Notes: generated from the letters alone by a model not told the origin. 64,000 nucleotides of DNA from an uncultured Pseudomonadota bacterium (GCA_949297185.1 CASFRM010000003.1:1397-65396), one strand, 5' to 3'. Positions 7,871-18,906 are shown, numbered from the stretch's first letter. Made by a program: numbers and translations.

Positions 7871-8758
7871 ATGATTGATTTACATATGCATTCAACTTTT
7901 TCTGACGGAATGTTAACGCCGTCTCAGTTAATGGAAAAAATAGCAAATATCGGATTGAAAGCCGCTGCTTTGACCGATCATGATGTGGTGGGGGGGTGTG
8001 CAGAATTTAAAAATGCTGCTCAAAAGTTGGGCGTAACTGCTATTAACGGAAGTGAACTTTCGGCTGATTATCCCGATGTAAGTATGGAAATTGTTGCTTT
8101 GGATATTCCCGATAAGTACCTACCGGCTTTTATGGACAGGCAAACCTTTATGATTAATGAAAGAATGCGGGTGGCCAAGGAAAGAGTGCGGTTGCTTGAA
8201 AATTTGGGTATGGAACTTGATTGGCAAAAAATTGCTTTTGATGATAATATGAAACCCAGAACTCAAATCGGAAAACCTCATATTGTTGCCGAAATGATTA
8301 GAAAAGGATATATTCAAAATTGGGAAGACGGATTTACCAAATTTTTAAATAAAGGCGGTCCGGCGTATGTGCCAAAAAATGAACCTAAAGCGGCAGAGGT
8401 GATTGCCTTTGTTTTGGATAACGGTGCCGTGCCGGTTTTGGCACATCCTATTCATACCAAAAGGCAAGGAAAAGAGTTGTTTGAACTTTTTAGAGATTTG
8501 AAAAAGTCTGGTTTGATGGGAATTGAAGTTTTTCACTCTGACCATAATGCCGAACTTAAACGAGATTATTTAGCCATGGCCGAGGAGCTTAACCTTATGG
8601 CTTCGGGTGGTTCGGATTTTCATGGAGGGGCTCATCCGGAAGTAAAGATTGGAATCGGAAAAGGCGATCTTAAGGTGCCGGATATGATTTTGGATGTAAT
8701 CTTGGAAAGAAAAATAACTTCTGCCGATTATTATCTTAATCTGGCGAAATACATTTAG
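7871..8758 (+). CDS. PHP-domain phosphoesterase (TrpH/YciV family)
   Basis: IDLHMHSTFSDG at the N-terminus, LTDHD, and later His-containing motifs. Confidence 0.8.
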   Translation: MIDLHMHSTFSDGMLTPSQLMEKIANIGLKAAALTDHDVVGGCAEFKNAAQKLGVTAINGSELSADYPDVSMEIVALDIPDKYLPAFMDRQTFMINERMRVAKERVRLLENLGMELDWQKIAFDDNMKPRTQIGKPHIVAEMIRKGYIQNWEDGFTKFLNKGGPAYVPKNEPKAAEVIAFVLDNGAVPVLAHPIHTKRQGKELFELFRDLKKSGLMGIEVFHSDHNAELKRDYLAMAEELNLMASGGSDFHGGAHPEVKIGIGKGDLKVPDMILDVILERKITSADYYLNLAKYI

Positions 8759-9215
8759 CCTTTTGCCGTTTGTTTTTAAAAAACTTTTTTAACAACTCAG
8801 AACTTTCTTCTTCCAAAATACCTCCGGTTATTTTAGGGCGGTGGTGGCAGGTTTTTTGTTCGTAAAATTTTATGCCGTTTGCTACTCCGCCGCCTTTTTC
8901 ATCATAGGCTCCGAAATATAAATGGTTGATGCGGGCAAAGGATATCGCTGCCGCACACATGGTGCATGGTTCTAAAGTTACATACATGTCCATATCTCGC
9001 AGGCGGTTTTGTCCGAGCTTGCGGCAGGCTTCCCTGATGGCCAAAATTTCGGCATGGGCAGTGGCATCATCTCCATGCTCGCTCAAGTTATGAGCGCGAC
9101 AGATTATTTCTCCGCTTTGACTGTTGACAATCAGGCAGCCAACCGGTACTTCGTCGGCAGTAAAAGCTTTTTGCGCTTCTTTTAGGGCTTCGAGCATGTA
9201 ATCTTCGGCATTCAT
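8736..9215 (-). CDS. tadA: tRNA adenosine(34) deaminase
   Basis: Start MNAEDYMLEAL at 9215. Motifs HAEILAIREA and PCTMCAAAI. The upstream part of the track ORF is not homologous-looking. Confidence 0.9.
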   Translation of the reverse strand: MNAEDYMLEALKEAQKAFTADEVPVGCLIVNSQSGEIICRAHNLSEHGDDATAHAEILAIREACRKLGQNRLRDMDMYVTLEPCTMCAAAISFARINHLYFGAYDEKGGGVANGIKFYEQKTCHHRPKITGGILEEESSELLKKFFKNKRQKAKCISPD

Positions 9216-9282
9216 CTTTGAACCTTTTTTGTTGTATTTTTGAGAGATTATGATAGAAGTTGAAAAAAAAGGAAAGCAAAAA

Positions 9283-10005
9283 ATGATGATGAGAATTGCA
9301 AAATTTATGGCTCGTTCCGGTGCGTGCTCGCGTCGTGAGGCAGAGGAGCTGATTAAACAAGGTCGCGTTACCATTAACGGAGAAGTTGTCGATACTCCGG
9401 CGCTTAATGTTACGGGTGAAGAAAAAATCTTGCTCGACGGAGAAAAGTTGCCGCAAAAACAAACAACTCGCTTGTGGTTGTATCATAAGCCGGTGGGATT
9501 GGTTACTACTCATAAAGATGAAAAGGGGCGGAAAACCGTATTTGATTGCTTGCCTAAGAATATGCCCAGAGTTATTTCGGTCGGAAGATTGGATTTGAAT
9601 TCCGAAGGATTGTTGTTACTGACAAATAATGGTGAGCTATCACGAAAACTTGAATTGCCGGCAAATGCTTGGAGCCGTCGTTACAAAGTCAGAGTATTCG
9701 GTAATGTTACTCAAGAAATGCTCGACAAATTAAAAACAGGGGGTGAAATCGACGGCGTTATGTATGGTTCAATCAAAGCCGAAATTGAAACAAAACAAGG
9801 TGCGAATACATGGCTGATGGTTACTTTGTCCGAAGGTAAAAATCGTGAAATCAGAAAAGTTATGAAATATTTGGGATTGGAAGTCTCAAGACTTATTCGT
9901 CTATCCTATGGACCGTTTCAATTGGGTAGTCTGGCCAAAGGTGAAGTTAAAGAAGTGCCGCAAAAAACTTTGCGCGAACAACTGGGAGCAAAGTTTGAAT
10001 TATGA
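9283..10005 (+). CDS. rluB: 23S rRNA pseudouridine synthase, RsuA/RluB family
   Basis: N-terminal S4 domain ([31 protein letters not shown]) and catalytic [18 protein letters not shown]. Confidence 0.75.
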   Translation: MMMRIAKFMARSGACSRREAEELIKQGRVTINGEVVDTPALNVTGEEKILLDGEKLPQKQTTRLWLYHKPVGLVTTHKDEKGRKTVFDCLPKNMPRVISVGRLDLNSEGLLLLTNNGELSRKLELPANAWSRRYKVRVFGNVTQEMLDKLKTGGEIDGVMYGSIKAEIETKQGANTWLMVTLSEGKNREIRKVMKYLGLEVSRLIRLSYGPFQLGSLAKGEVKEVPQKTLREQLGAKFEL

Positions 10006-10541
10006 GAATTATCGGTGGAAAATATCGCGGTAAAAAACTTGTCTCTCCGCAGTCTAATAATGTGCGTCCAACTTCCGATAAGGCAAGAGAAGCGTTGTTT
10101 AATATTTTGCGTAATCGGCTGGGAAGTGATTTTGCGTCATACAAACTTTTGGATGTGTTTTCCGGAAGCGGAGCTTTTGCTTTGGAGGCTTTGTCTCAAG
10201 GCTTTGCCGAGGTGACTATGTTGGATATAGATACCACCGATTTGCAAAAAAATGTGAAATTATTTCCTTTAGAAAAAAACAAAATAAAAGTCATAAAAGC
10301 AGATATAAATTCGGCGATTTGTCCTTTGGATAAATTTGATGTCGTATTTATGGATGCTCCGTATAATAAAGGATTGAGTGAAATAGCTCTGCAAAAGATA
10401 AAGCCATGGTTAAAAGATAAGGCTATATGCATTGTAGAAGTTGAAAAAAATGAACCTTGTTCTCTGCCCGAGGGATATGACCTTGTTGATGAGAGAAGGT
10501 ACGGACCAGCCAAGATTATATTGGCTGAATTTACTTGTTAA
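10002..10541 (+). CDS. rsmD: 16S rRNA (guanine966-N2)-methyltransferase
   Basis: [13 protein letters not shown]...[30 protein letters not shown] and DAPY. ATGA overlap with rluB. Confidence 0.85.
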   Translation: MRIIGGKYRGKKLVSPQSNNVRPTSDKAREALFNILRNRLGSDFASYKLLDVFSGSGAFALEALSQGFAEVTMLDIDTTDLQKNVKLFPLEKNKIKVIKADINSAICPLDKFDVVFMDAPYNKGLSEIALQKIKPWLKDKAICIVEVEKNEPCSLPEGYDLVDERRYGPAKIILAEFTC

Positions 10542-11619
10542 AATCTTTTATGGTCAGATTTTCAATTGCAACTTTACCATCGGCATAGCTGATGGGAGTT
10601 GATATGGTCATTTCTTTGTCTTCGGTGTTTAATTTATAGGCTTTGTTTGACAGCAAAATGTTGGCAACAAAAACATTCTTGCTATCTAAAAATTCATTGC
10701 TTTGCAAATCTTTGAGCAATCTTAAAAGACCTTTTGAAGAGGTGTTGAATGATATGCGGGGAGAAAGCTTTTCATTAAAGTTGATGTCGCCGCGACCGAC
10801 CAAGGTTAGAGGTTCCCATTGGATTATTAAACTTGGGACATCTATAAAGCCACCGTTTTTAAGCCAGGTTTCAACCGCGGTTAAGAATTTTTCGTCAGGA
10901 GTGAATTGTCCCATAATGTCGGATTTCATATAAAACAGTTTTAGGTGTGAAGACAGCGGATAATCTATCAGTCCGTTGATATCGACATTATTAACTTCAA
11001 ACAGGCTTTCATAGCTTGGCAATAATACCGCTAAATTGTTGTTTTTTTGCGGTTTCTTTTCCAGTAAATAAGCAACTTTTTTTATCTTGGCAAAGTCGTG
11101 GATGGTTATGTTTTCGGCGTGGATAACCAAACTATCTAAAATGCCGTCTTTGCTTACTATATCCATAAAAGTTTGTTCGCTGTTCATGTCGGAAATAAAG
11201 TCATTGAATATAAACTTACCGCCTTTGTTTGATTCGAAACGGATGCGCGGACTGCCGAATATATTGGAATAGCCGTTTATTTCCTTAAATTTAATTGACC
11301 AGGTATTTAATCCCGTAGCATTGTATATTTGAAAATTATCAATGGTGACCAAGGGAAAAAAGAAAGTGTGATTGAATTCGATATTGTCATAGGCAATATC
11401 AAGTCCCAATTCATTTAATTGGGCGATACTACGGTTCATTTGCCAGCGGATTTGTTTGATGGCAATGTTGCGTGAAGCGGTAATATATATGCCGCCAAAA
11501 ACCAAGCAGAAAGAGAAGATACAAGCAAACACGGCTTTGCGGTAGCTCCCTAAAGCAAGCCATAATTTGTTAAAAGGCATAAGAACCTTGGAAGTAAGTT
11601 CTTTAATCTTATCAATCAC
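10531..11619 (-). CDS. hypothetical membrane-anchored protein (possibly DUF2125-like)
   Basis: 362 aa with one N-terminal TM helix. Last gene of the ftsE-ftsX-DUF218-plsC string. The family name is a guess. Confidence 0.45.
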   Translation of the reverse strand: MIDKIKELTSKVLMPFNKLWLALGSYRKAVFACIFSFCLVFGGIYITASRNIAIKQIRWQMNRSIAQLNELGLDIAYDNIEFNHTFFFPLVTIDNFQIYNATGLNTWSIKFKEINGYSNIFGSPRIRFESNKGGKFIFNDFISDMNSEQTFMDIVSKDGILDSLVIHAENITIHDFAKIKKVAYLLEKKPQKNNNLAVLLPSYESLFEVNNVDINGLIDYPLSSHLKLFYMKSDIMGQFTPDEKFLTAVETWLKNGGFIDVPSLIIQWEPLTLVGRGDINFNEKLSPRISFNTSSKGLLRLLKDLQSNEFLDSKNVFVANILLSNKAYKLNTEDKEMTISTPISYADGKVAIENLTIKDFNK

Positions 11620-11630
11620 GACGCTGAATC

Positions 11631-12386
11631 CTATTGTTGAACCAATTTGTCTTTTACTAAAGGATAGTTCTTGATGGTTTCCATATTAAGCTCACGGCAT
11701 TTTTCTTCAATAGAATTTTGTAGTTTTTCCATAAACTCTTTTTTGCTCAAGCCGCTTTGAATCGGGGGCAGAAATTCAAATATGATTTTTCCGGGGTATC
11801 TTAAAAACGAGCTTTTACCCCAGAAAAAACCGGTGTTTGAGGCAAAAGGAACTACCGGCATATTCAAATGCTGATATAAAAGAGCAACACCCGGTTTGTA
11901 TACCGGAGTGTCTCCGGGGCGGCGACGGGTGCCTTCCGGAAAAATGATAATAGGACGATTTTTGGAAGATAGTTCTTGAGCTTTTTTTAGCATGGTCTTC
12001 ATTGCTGCCGAGCCTGCCGAACGGTTAATCGGTATCATGCCGTATAAAGCCTGAGCCCAGCCAAAAATCGGAATATAGGTGAGTTCTTTTTTCATGACAA
12101 AAGTTGCTCTTTTGAGATAATTGCTCAAAACATAGGTCTCAACGGCGGATTCATGTTTTCCGGCATATATTCCGGTGGTTTGGTTGAGATATTGTTTGCC
12201 TCTGATTTCTATGGTAATGCCGGCTATATATTTTAGAGATAAGACAACGGCGGGAATAAATAAATGGTTCCAAATCTTGATTGTGGCTTCGCGTGAAAAT
12301 AGACCGATTATGCTGTTTAGAATACAGCCAACGGCAATTATTCCGTAGCATGCAATATTGAATAAAAGCGAGCGAATGAACAACAT
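11631..12386 (-). CDS. plsC: 1-acyl-sn-glycerol-3-phosphate acyltransferase
   Basis: Acyltransferase blocks HESAVE, FPEGTRRRPG and PVVP. Confidence 0.85.
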   Translation of the reverse strand: MLFIRSLLFNIACYGIIAVGCILNSIIGLFSREATIKIWNHLFIPAVVLSLKYIAGITIEIRGKQYLNQTTGIYAGKHESAVETYVLSNYLKRATFVMKKELTYIPIFGWAQALYGMIPINRSAGSAAMKTMLKKAQELSSKNRPIIIFPEGTRRRPGDTPVYKPGVALLYQHLNMPVVPFASNTGFFWGKSSFLRYPGKIIFEFLPPIQSGLSKKEFMEKLQNSIEEKCRELNMETIKNYPLVKDKLVQQ

Positions 12387-12401
12387 TAGACTATCCTTTC
12401 G

Positions 12402-12971
12402 TTATCTGATAAAGCACCTTAAGTAAGCGCATATAAGCTTATTATATTCTTTGAAAATAAGCGAGAAAGTTTGCCAACTCGTCCACCATTTTTTTTCAAT
12501 GTTTTCGGAGTAGACCGGATGAATAATTATCTTTAATTGCGGATTAAATTCTCTAAATTCCAATAGAGAGCGTAAAATGTGGTAATTGGAGGTAACCAAG
12601 CGGATTGATTTTATATTGTTTTTATTTACCCAATCTCTGGTTTCTTGTGCGTTTTCAACTGTGTTGGAGGCATCGTGTCCAAGGTCTACATTGTTAAAAT
12701 TACTAAGATTTACCTGTTGAGTAGAAACAATATTATTAAGAGAAATATCTTTATCGACCCCAGAGATAAATAATCTTGACCCTTTGCCCGCTTCATAAAG
12801 TTTTACCGCTTCGGTGATGCGATTGCGACCGCCGGTTAATACTATAATGGCATCTGTTTTTTCGTTTTCGGGAGTGGAGAAGTGGTTAATTTGCCATGCA
12901 AACAAAACCAGTCCGCTTAACCACAGAACAACGAAAATTGTAAAGAATGATAATGCAAGTTTTTTTATCAT
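12402..12971 (-). CDS. DUF218 (YdcF/ElyC family) protein
   Basis: N-terminal TM helix, then AIIVLTGG and SNYHILRS. Confidence 0.75.
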   Translation of the reverse strand: MIKKLALSFFTIFVVLWLSGLVLFAWQINHFSTPENEKTDAIIVLTGGRNRITEAVKLYEAGKGSRLFISGVDKDISLNNIVSTQQVNLSNFNNVDLGHDASNTVENAQETRDWVNKNNIKSIRLVTSNYHILRSLLEFREFNPQLKIIIHPVYSENIEKKWWTSWQTFSLIFKEYNKLICAYLRCFIR

Positions 12972-13882
12972 AGCATTTTCTTTAGGGTTTGTTTAACCGT
13001 GTAATAGGCGGTGAGCATAGATATAAACATGGCAAAGAACGGGAGGGATAGGATGATTGTCCAATCTCCAAAACCCAAAGAGGCATCGCTTATGATACCG
13101 CCCTCTATCTTCAGTGCCAGATTGCCAATGAAAAATATTGCCGGTACGGCAAAAAACAAACCAATAACACCTCCTAAAAAGCCTAGGAATCCCATGCGTT
13201 TGGTGTATTGCTGGGCAATATAAGCATCCTTGGCGCCGACAATATGCAAAATTTCGATTATGTTGTGGTGGAGGCCTAAGCTCATTTGGGTAGTATAAAA
13301 TATTGCGCCGGAGGTTATGGCTGCAACTAACAGTAAAACAGTGGAGGCTATTAAGTTTATGCCGTCAGCAAACGAAATAAGCTTGTTTAACCACAGTTTG
13401 TGGCTGTCTAATGTGGCTTGCGGCGAGGCTTGTGCCAAATCCATTGACAGTTGAGCAAAGTCAATATTGGCATCGGGGGATATTTTTACATCTATAATGC
13501 GAGGTGTCGGAAGATCGGAGATATCGACATCATCACCAAGCCAAGGACTTAAAAGTTCATCAAGCTGTTCGTCGGATAACGGCGTAACTTTGGTAACTCC
13601 ATTAACTGATTTTAAAAATTCAACGGCTTTTTCTTGATAGGCCATTGTTTCGGCCAGAGCTTTTTCTTTGTTGGTATTGTTAACCGGAATTATTTGTACG
13701 GTTATGGAACCCAATATACTTTTGTTCCAGTTGGATATCATCGAATCTATGGAAAGAACTCCGGAAAGCGTGATGGCAAAAATAAATACGGCAATCGAAA
13801 TTATGATTTGCAAAAAAAGCGAAGTGTTTTCGCTTTTTAGCGGAAGTTCTTGTTTGCGTGAGATATAAGAAGTATTAGACAT
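12968..13882 (-). CDS. ftsX: cell division ABC transporter permease FtsX
   Basis: 304 aa with one TM helix, a periplasmic domain and three C-terminal TM helices. Overlaps ftsE. Confidence 0.8.
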   Translation of the reverse strand: MSNTSYISRKQELPLKSENTSLFLQIIISIAVFIFAITLSGVLSIDSMISNWNKSILGSITVQIIPVNNTNKEKALAETMAYQEKAVEFLKSVNGVTKVTPLSDEQLDELLSPWLGDDVDISDLPTPRIIDVKISPDANIDFAQLSMDLAQASPQATLDSHKLWLNKLISFADGINLIASTVLLLVAAITSGAIFYTTQMSLGLHHNIIEILHIVGAKDAYIAQQYTKRMGFLGFLGGVIGLFFAVPAIFFIGNLALKIEGGIISDASLGFGDWTIILSLPFFAMFISMLTAYYTVKQTLKKML

Positions 13883-14588
13883 TTAGACCTCCGAACATTG
13901 AGGTGTCGGACGGATAATATATATGCAGCCCGCGGTTTTGTAAATGTAAGCGAGGATATTTGAAATCGTTGATGATTTTGTCGGAGTGAGTAGCTATAAC
14001 AACGGTTGTTCCTAGCTTGTTTAGTTCTACGAAAAGTTTCATCAGTTTTCCGGCAATTATGTTGTCGACGTTGCCGGTTGGTTCGTCGGCAAGCAATAGG
14101 TCAGGGCGGTTGATTACGGCACGGGCTATGGCGACTCGTTGTTTTTCACCTCCGGAGAGTGTAGATGCTTTGTCAAACATGTGACTGTCAAGTTCTACCC
14201 AGGTTAAAAGCTCGGTTACGCGTTTTTTGATTTCGCGTTCATCCATGCCGCCGACTCTTAAAGGAAGTGCTACATTGTCATAGGCCGATAGATGTTCCAA
14301 CAGGCGGAAGTCTTGAAAAACGACTCCGATACGGCGACGCAAAGACGCCAGCTGGTCACGATTGGTGAAATTGAGATTGTGATCAAAAACACTGATTTGA
14401 CCTCGGCTCGGTTTTTGAGCTAAGTACATAAGGCTTAAAAGCGAAGTCTTTCCTGCACCGCTTTGTCCGGTTAAAAAGTAAAATGATCCTTGCGGGAGTG
14501 ATAGTTTTATATCACTCAAAATTTCGGGGCCTTGACCATAGCGAATCCCGACATTGTTCATTTCTATGATGTTTTTGTTATTTGTCAC
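13875..14588 (-). CDS. ftsE: cell division ATP-binding protein FtsE
   Basis: Walker [13 protein letters not shown] signature LSGGEKQR, Walker B LLLADEPT. Confidence 0.9.
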   Translation of the reverse strand: MTNNKNIIEMNNVGIRYGQGPEILSDIKLSLPQGSFYFLTGQSGAGKTSLLSLMYLAQKPSRGQISVFDHNLNFTNRDQLASLRRRIGVVFQDFRLLEHLSAYDNVALPLRVGGMDEREIKKRVTELLTWVELDSHMFDKASTLSGGEKQRVAIARAVINRPDLLLADEPTGNVDNIIAGKLMKLFVELNKLGTTVVIATHSDKIINDFKYPRLHLQNRGLHIYYPSDTSMFGGLNV

Positions 14589-14708
14589 TAAAAAAACTCC
14601 TCATAACTTTATGCCCTCAAGATATAGGCAATTAATTATTTAATAAAGTGTTTTTTTTCTTTGATTAAAATCTTTTTCATCTTATAGTTTGATAAAACGG
14701 AGGTCGTA

Positions 14709-15602
14709 ATGCTGGTATATTGTCCGGAATGTAATGTCGCTTATGAGATTGATGATAGCTTGATCGAGAACAAAACTCGTAAGCTTAAGTGTAGTAATTG
14801 TGGAAAAATATTTACGGTAGGAGATTTGTTGTTTGAAACTCCTAAAGTCGATGTTGTGGACAATAAGGATAGTATAATCGAAGAAAATATTGCCAGCGAA
14901 GTTGATGCAACTTCAAATTTTGAAGATGTTGAAACGAAAGAAATTGAAAATCCTGAAGTTCCAGAAATTGCCGAAGCGGAAAATGATAATAGCGTTGAAG
15001 TGGAAGATGCAACAGATGTAGATGATGACAATCAAAGTGCAGCAGATTTGGAAAAGATATTTGAAAGATTATCAGAGCATACCGAACAGCTGATGGCGAT
15101 GGAAAAGAAGTTGCCGTTTTATGAAAAATTTTGGTTGCAGGTTAAAAATATTTTGGGACTGCATTTCAAAATAAGATGGGGCTTTGTTTTATTGGTAATG
15201 TTGGTTGTAACCTCGTTGTCTTTGTTTAATAATCGGTATCAATTAGTAAGAGAATTTCCGTTTCTTAATGCCGCTTATAAGGCCTTGGGAATAAAGGCCA
15301 GAATTCCCGGAGAAAATTTGGAATTTCAAAATATAAGCTGGGAGTTTTTTGGTGAGGACGGTGAGGAGAATCGCCGTTTGGTTATTAAGGGTTTTGTGTA
15401 TAATACACTAGACTATGATATAGAAATACCGATTATTCATATCGAATTACTTGGATCGGACACTTCTTTGTTGCAAAGTATTAATCGGAAGTTGGAAGAT
15501 AAAATTATTGCGGCTGAAACCAAGTTGCCGCTTAACATAACCGTAGAGAATCCGGCCCCGACGGCAAAGTATGTCTATCTTACTTTCATTGATGAAGATT
15601 AG
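14709..15602 (+). CDS. MJ0042-type zinc-ribbon protein with acidic linker, TM helix and DUF3426-like C-terminus
   Basis: CPECNVAYEID...KCSNCGKIF zinc ribbon, a D/E-rich spacer, one TM helix, and a beta-rich C-terminal domain. Confidence 0.7.
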   Translation: MLVYCPECNVAYEIDDSLIENKTRKLKCSNCGKIFTVGDLLFETPKVDVVDNKDSIIEENIASEVDATSNFEDVETKEIENPEVPEIAEAENDNSVEVEDATDVDDDNQSAADLEKIFERLSEHTEQLMAMEKKLPFYEKFWLQVKNILGLHFKIRWGFVLLVMLVVTSLSLFNNRYQLVREFPFLNAAYKALGIKARIPGENLEFQNISWEFFGEDGEENRRLVIKGFVYNTLDYDIEIPIIHIELLGSDTSLLQSINRKLEDKIIAAETKLPLNITVENPAPTAKYVYLTFIDED

Positions 15603-16492
15603 TGATTGCGGCTGATAATAAAGTCGGCTAAATCTTGCAACTCTTTTGCTCTTGAGCCAAATTGAGCAAGGTCATCTTTAGCTTTTGTTATTAGGTCTGA
15701 AGCAATGTCTTGGGCTTGTTTTAGGCCATAAAGCGAAACAAAAGTGAGCTTGCTTTGATCAATATCTTTGCGAAGAGTTTTGCCCATTAGTTCTTGGTTG
15801 CCTATAACATCTAAAATGTCGTCTGATATTTGAAAAGCAATGCCAATCTTGCGGGCATAGCCGGTGAGAGCATCATATGTTTTTTTGTCTGCATTGCCGA
15901 TGATGGCTCCGGCCTGAACCGCGTAGGCTATCAAGCATCCGGTTTTCATTTCTTCGATGTGTTTTATTATCTCCTCTGAGGAGAGAGAGGGTGTTTTGTC
16001 GGTTTGAATGTCGAGCATTTGTCCGGCAATCATTCCGGTGAAGGCACCGGCTCTTTCGGCCAAAAGGGAACAAAGCTTAATCTTGGTTTCGGCAGATAAT
16101 GACGGCGCTTTGGCCAAGATTTCAAAAGCATAGGTAAGAAGTCCGTCGCCGGCTAAAATGGCGGTAGCTTCGTCAAATTGTTTGTGGCAGGTTGGCTTGC
16201 CGCGACGCAAGTCGTCATTATCCATGGCCGGTAAATCGTCATGAATGAGAGAGTAGGTGTGAAGCATTTCCAACGAGGCGGCAACGGGAAATGAAGTTTC
16301 GTAATCTATGCCAAACAGTTGAGCGGTTTTGCACAACAAAAAAGGGCGTAATCTTTTGCCACCGTTGGTTAGCGAATAAGACATAGCTTCGCTTACGCGC
16401 CTTTCACTGCCGGAGGGAAATTTAAAATATTTTGAAAGAGATAGATTAAACTCTTCACTAAAATCTTTAAGATTTTGCTCAAATGTTTGCAT
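15599..16492 (-). CDS. ispA: farnesyl diphosphate synthase (polyprenyl synthetase)
   Basis: First Asp-rich motif LIHDDLPAMDNDDLRRGKP; second FQISDDILD. Confidence 0.9.
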   Translation of the reverse strand: MQTFEQNLKDFSEEFNLSLSKYFKFPSGSERRVSEAMSYSLTNGGKRLRPFLLCKTAQLFGIDYETSFPVAASLEMLHTYSLIHDDLPAMDNDDLRRGKPTCHKQFDEATAILAGDGLLTYAFEILAKAPSLSAETKIKLCSLLAERAGAFTGMIAGQMLDIQTDKTPSLSSEEIIKHIEEMKTGCLIAYAVQAGAIIGNADKKTYDALTGYARKIGIAFQISDDILDVIGNQELMGKTLRKDIDQSKLTFVSLYGLKQAQDIASDLITKAKDDLAQFGSRAKELQDLADFIISRNH

Positions 16493-16498
16493 GAATTT

Positions 16499-16738
16499 TT
16501 AGGCCTCGGGAACAATAAATTCCGATGATTTTACGCTGTCATCAGGGGTGATTTCCAATTTTTCGATTTTTAACTGGGCTGCTTTTAACTTGTTTTCACA
16601 AAGTTGTTTTAATTTGACGGCTTTTTCATAAGCGGAAACGGCATCATCAAGTTTTATGCGGCCGCTTTCCAATTCTCTGACAATGTTTTCGAGTTGGGAT
16701 ATGGCTTCTTCAAAGCTTAGTTTTTCAATTTCTTCCAT
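16499..16738 (-). CDS. xseB: exodeoxyribonuclease VII small subunit
   Basis: 79 aa with FEEAISQLENIVRELESG. The xseB-ispA arrangement is classic. Confidence 0.85.
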   Translation of the reverse strand: MEEIEKLSFEEAISQLENIVRELESGRIKLDDAVSAYEKAVKLKQLCENKLKAAQLKIEKLEITPDDSVKSSEFIVPEA

Positions 16739-16814
16739 TTGGTTTCCTCCCCTAAATTTGAGTCGGGGAAAATATTAAAATATTTATCATAATTTAGCAA
16801 CCGCTAATTAACGC

Positions 16815-17969
16815 TCAGATGTTGACAAATTTAAAATTTTTGCTTTGAGGGTCGTATACCAGGGCTATTTTGCCAAGGCAGACATCCTCGGCAATGCGGC
16901 CGAAAATTTCATAGCGCCATCCGTGTTTAAACGAGGTATCTTCCTCTTGATTGTTGGAATAGAGTTTTAGCTCATCGTCATCAGAGAGCATGTGAGGGGT
17001 TATTTTTTCTTGTTGGGCAATAACTTTGGCCAGAAGTTTCAGAATCTCGTATAAAGAGCTGTTGGTGTTGGGGAGCTCGCGAACGGCACTAATATTAACA
17101 TAATCTTTTTTATCGAGATTTTTTACCGTTTGTAAAACTTCTAATATCTCATCACCCAATTTACCGGAAGCAATATCCGATTTCATTCCCCTGATTGCTG
17201 CCAGTTCTTCTTTGTTTTGTGGAAAGGCGGCACAGATATTTAATAACAATTCATCTTTAATCAGCGATTGGCGCGGGGTGTTTTTGCGCATGGCGCGTTT
17301 TTCTCGCCAAGCAGCCAACTCACGTAAGGTGGTTAGAAAAAAGGCACTGTGCGAGCGGTGGCGAATCCGCTGCCACATTTTATCGGGATTTATATTGTAT
17401 GTGTTTTCATCGCCCAAAACTTCAAGATCTTCCTTTATCCAATCGAGGCGGTTGTTTTCTTTTAGGTAATTTAGCAAGTAGGGGTAAATTTTGGCCAAGT
17501 GCGTAACATCGGAAAGAGCATATTGCAGTTGGGCTTCGGTTAGGGGGCGTTTGCTCCAGTCAGAAAGACGGGAGGTTTTATCCAAACTGATATGTAATAT
17601 GTGGTTAACCAAATTTTCGTAGCTTACCGCATCACCGAATCCGGCAGCTGCAGCAGCAATCTGGGTGTCGAAAATCGGTTGCGGAGTTTTGCCACTTAGG
17701 TTGTAGATGATTTCAACATCTTGGCGGCCGGAGTGAAATACTTTGGTAACGGCGGTATTTTGCATCAGAGCAAAAAACGGATTTAGGTCAATATCATCTG
17801 CCAAGGGATCAATTATGGCAGAGGTTTGAATCGAAGATATCTGGATAAGGCATAATTTGGCAAAATAGGTGTGTTCACGCAAAAATTCCAAATCGACGCA
17901 TACAAATTCTTGGGTTGATAAATCTTGGCATAAAGTTTCTAAATCTTTGGTATTTTCAATAAGTTGCAT
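16815..17969 (-). CDS. rnd: ribonuclease D
   Basis: DEDD exonuclease motifs (VDLEF, HSGRQD, YALSDV) plus an HRDC-like C-terminal region. Confidence 0.85.
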   Translation of the reverse strand: MQLIENTKDLETLCQDLSTQEFVCVDLEFLREHTYFAKLCLIQISSIQTSAIIDPLADDIDLNPFFALMQNTAVTKVFHSGRQDVEIIYNLSGKTPQPIFDTQIAAAAAGFGDAVSYENLVNHILHISLDKTSRLSDWSKRPLTEAQLQYALSDVTHLAKIYPYLLNYLKENNRLDWIKEDLEVLGDENTYNINPDKMWQRIRHRSHSAFFLTTLRELAAWREKRAMRKNTPRQSLIKDELLLNICAAFPQNKEELAAIRGMKSDIASGKLGDEILEVLQTVKNLDKKDYVNISAVRELPNTNSSLYEILKLLAKVIAQQEKITPHMLSDDDELKLYSNNQEEDTSFKHGWRYEIFGRIAEDVCLGKIALVYDPQSKNFKFVNI

Positions 17970-18138
17970 TTTGGATTCTCGTAGTTTTGTCTTGTAAATT
18001 CCTTAGATAATATAGCTTTATACTTAAATTTTTTTTAATTTGCATAAAAAAAAACTTGATTTTTATAAAATCGAGGATTACAAAGAGCTCACATTTATTA
18101 AGTTTTATTAATTATTTTAAATTCTAAATTGTTTTTTT

Positions 18139-18747
18139 ATGGAAAAAAAAGAAATTGCAACAACAACTGCAAAAAAGCAGTATGCCTTGGTTGATGCCAT
18201 GGCTGCACCTGAGGTGCTTACAAGTGTGAAATCCGTTATCTCTGTTTACGGACAGAGAATAAGAGACGGTTTTGTGTTGACTCCTCACGGAGAATCTAGG
18301 GTGATTTTCTTTGAGGTGAAGAAAAAAGAATGTCCTATTGTGGATGTCCTGACAAATCTTGCTGAAAGACACTCTCTATACCCGACCTATGTGGTTCAGG
18401 AGCATAAGGACCATCTGCCGAAAAATGCCAAAAACACCTGGTATATGGTAGATGAAGTGAAGTTTGAACTTCCTGGTATGGATGAAGAAAAACTGGAGGA
18501 TTTCAAGGCAAAATACCTGCAAATGATAAAAGAAATATACAGAGAAGATTCTGTATTTATAAAGTCTTTTATTTATTTGGGAAAGGGCGGTATTGTCCAT
18601 GTTATGAGTTTTAACTCCGAAAGGTCGCCGAAATACAGAGGTGCCATGCTCGGCGTGCCGGAGTGGAATGAGACTCTGGACAAGATAATAAAACGCATAC
18701 AGCCGGAGAATATTGTAAAAATGGCGGTACGCTATACTAACCTGTAA
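18139..18747 (+). CDS. hypothetical protein (orphan)
   Basis: 202-aa ORF with its own terminator. No Shine-Dalgarno sequence and no family recognised. Codon choice looks unlike its neighbours. Confidence 0.5.
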   Translation: MEKKEIATTTAKKQYALVDAMAAPEVLTSVKSVISVYGQRIRDGFVLTPHGESRVIFFEVKKKECPIVDVLTNLAERHSLYPTYVVQEHKDHLPKNAKNTWYMVDEVKFELPGMDEEKLEDFKAKYLQMIKEIYREDSVFIKSFIYLGKGGIVHVMSFNSERSPKYRGAMLGVPEWNETLDKIIKRIQPENIVKMAVRYTNL

Positions 18748-18786
18748 CAACACAATCTTTTTTTACCTTAAATCAAAACACTATAA

Positions 18787-18822
18787 GAGATTTTCTTTGT
18801 GAAAAGAAAATCTCTTTTTTTT
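18787..18822 (+). terminator. rho-independent terminator
   Basis: AGAGATTTTCTT pairs with AAGAAAATCTCT, followed by a run of T. Confidence 0.7.
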
Positions 18823-18906
18823 ATGTGTTTAAGCTATTGATTTTTGCTTTGTTTGGGAATAAAACTGTAGAGTCTGATTTTTAATATAAAAAGGGATTAA
18901 TATAAA

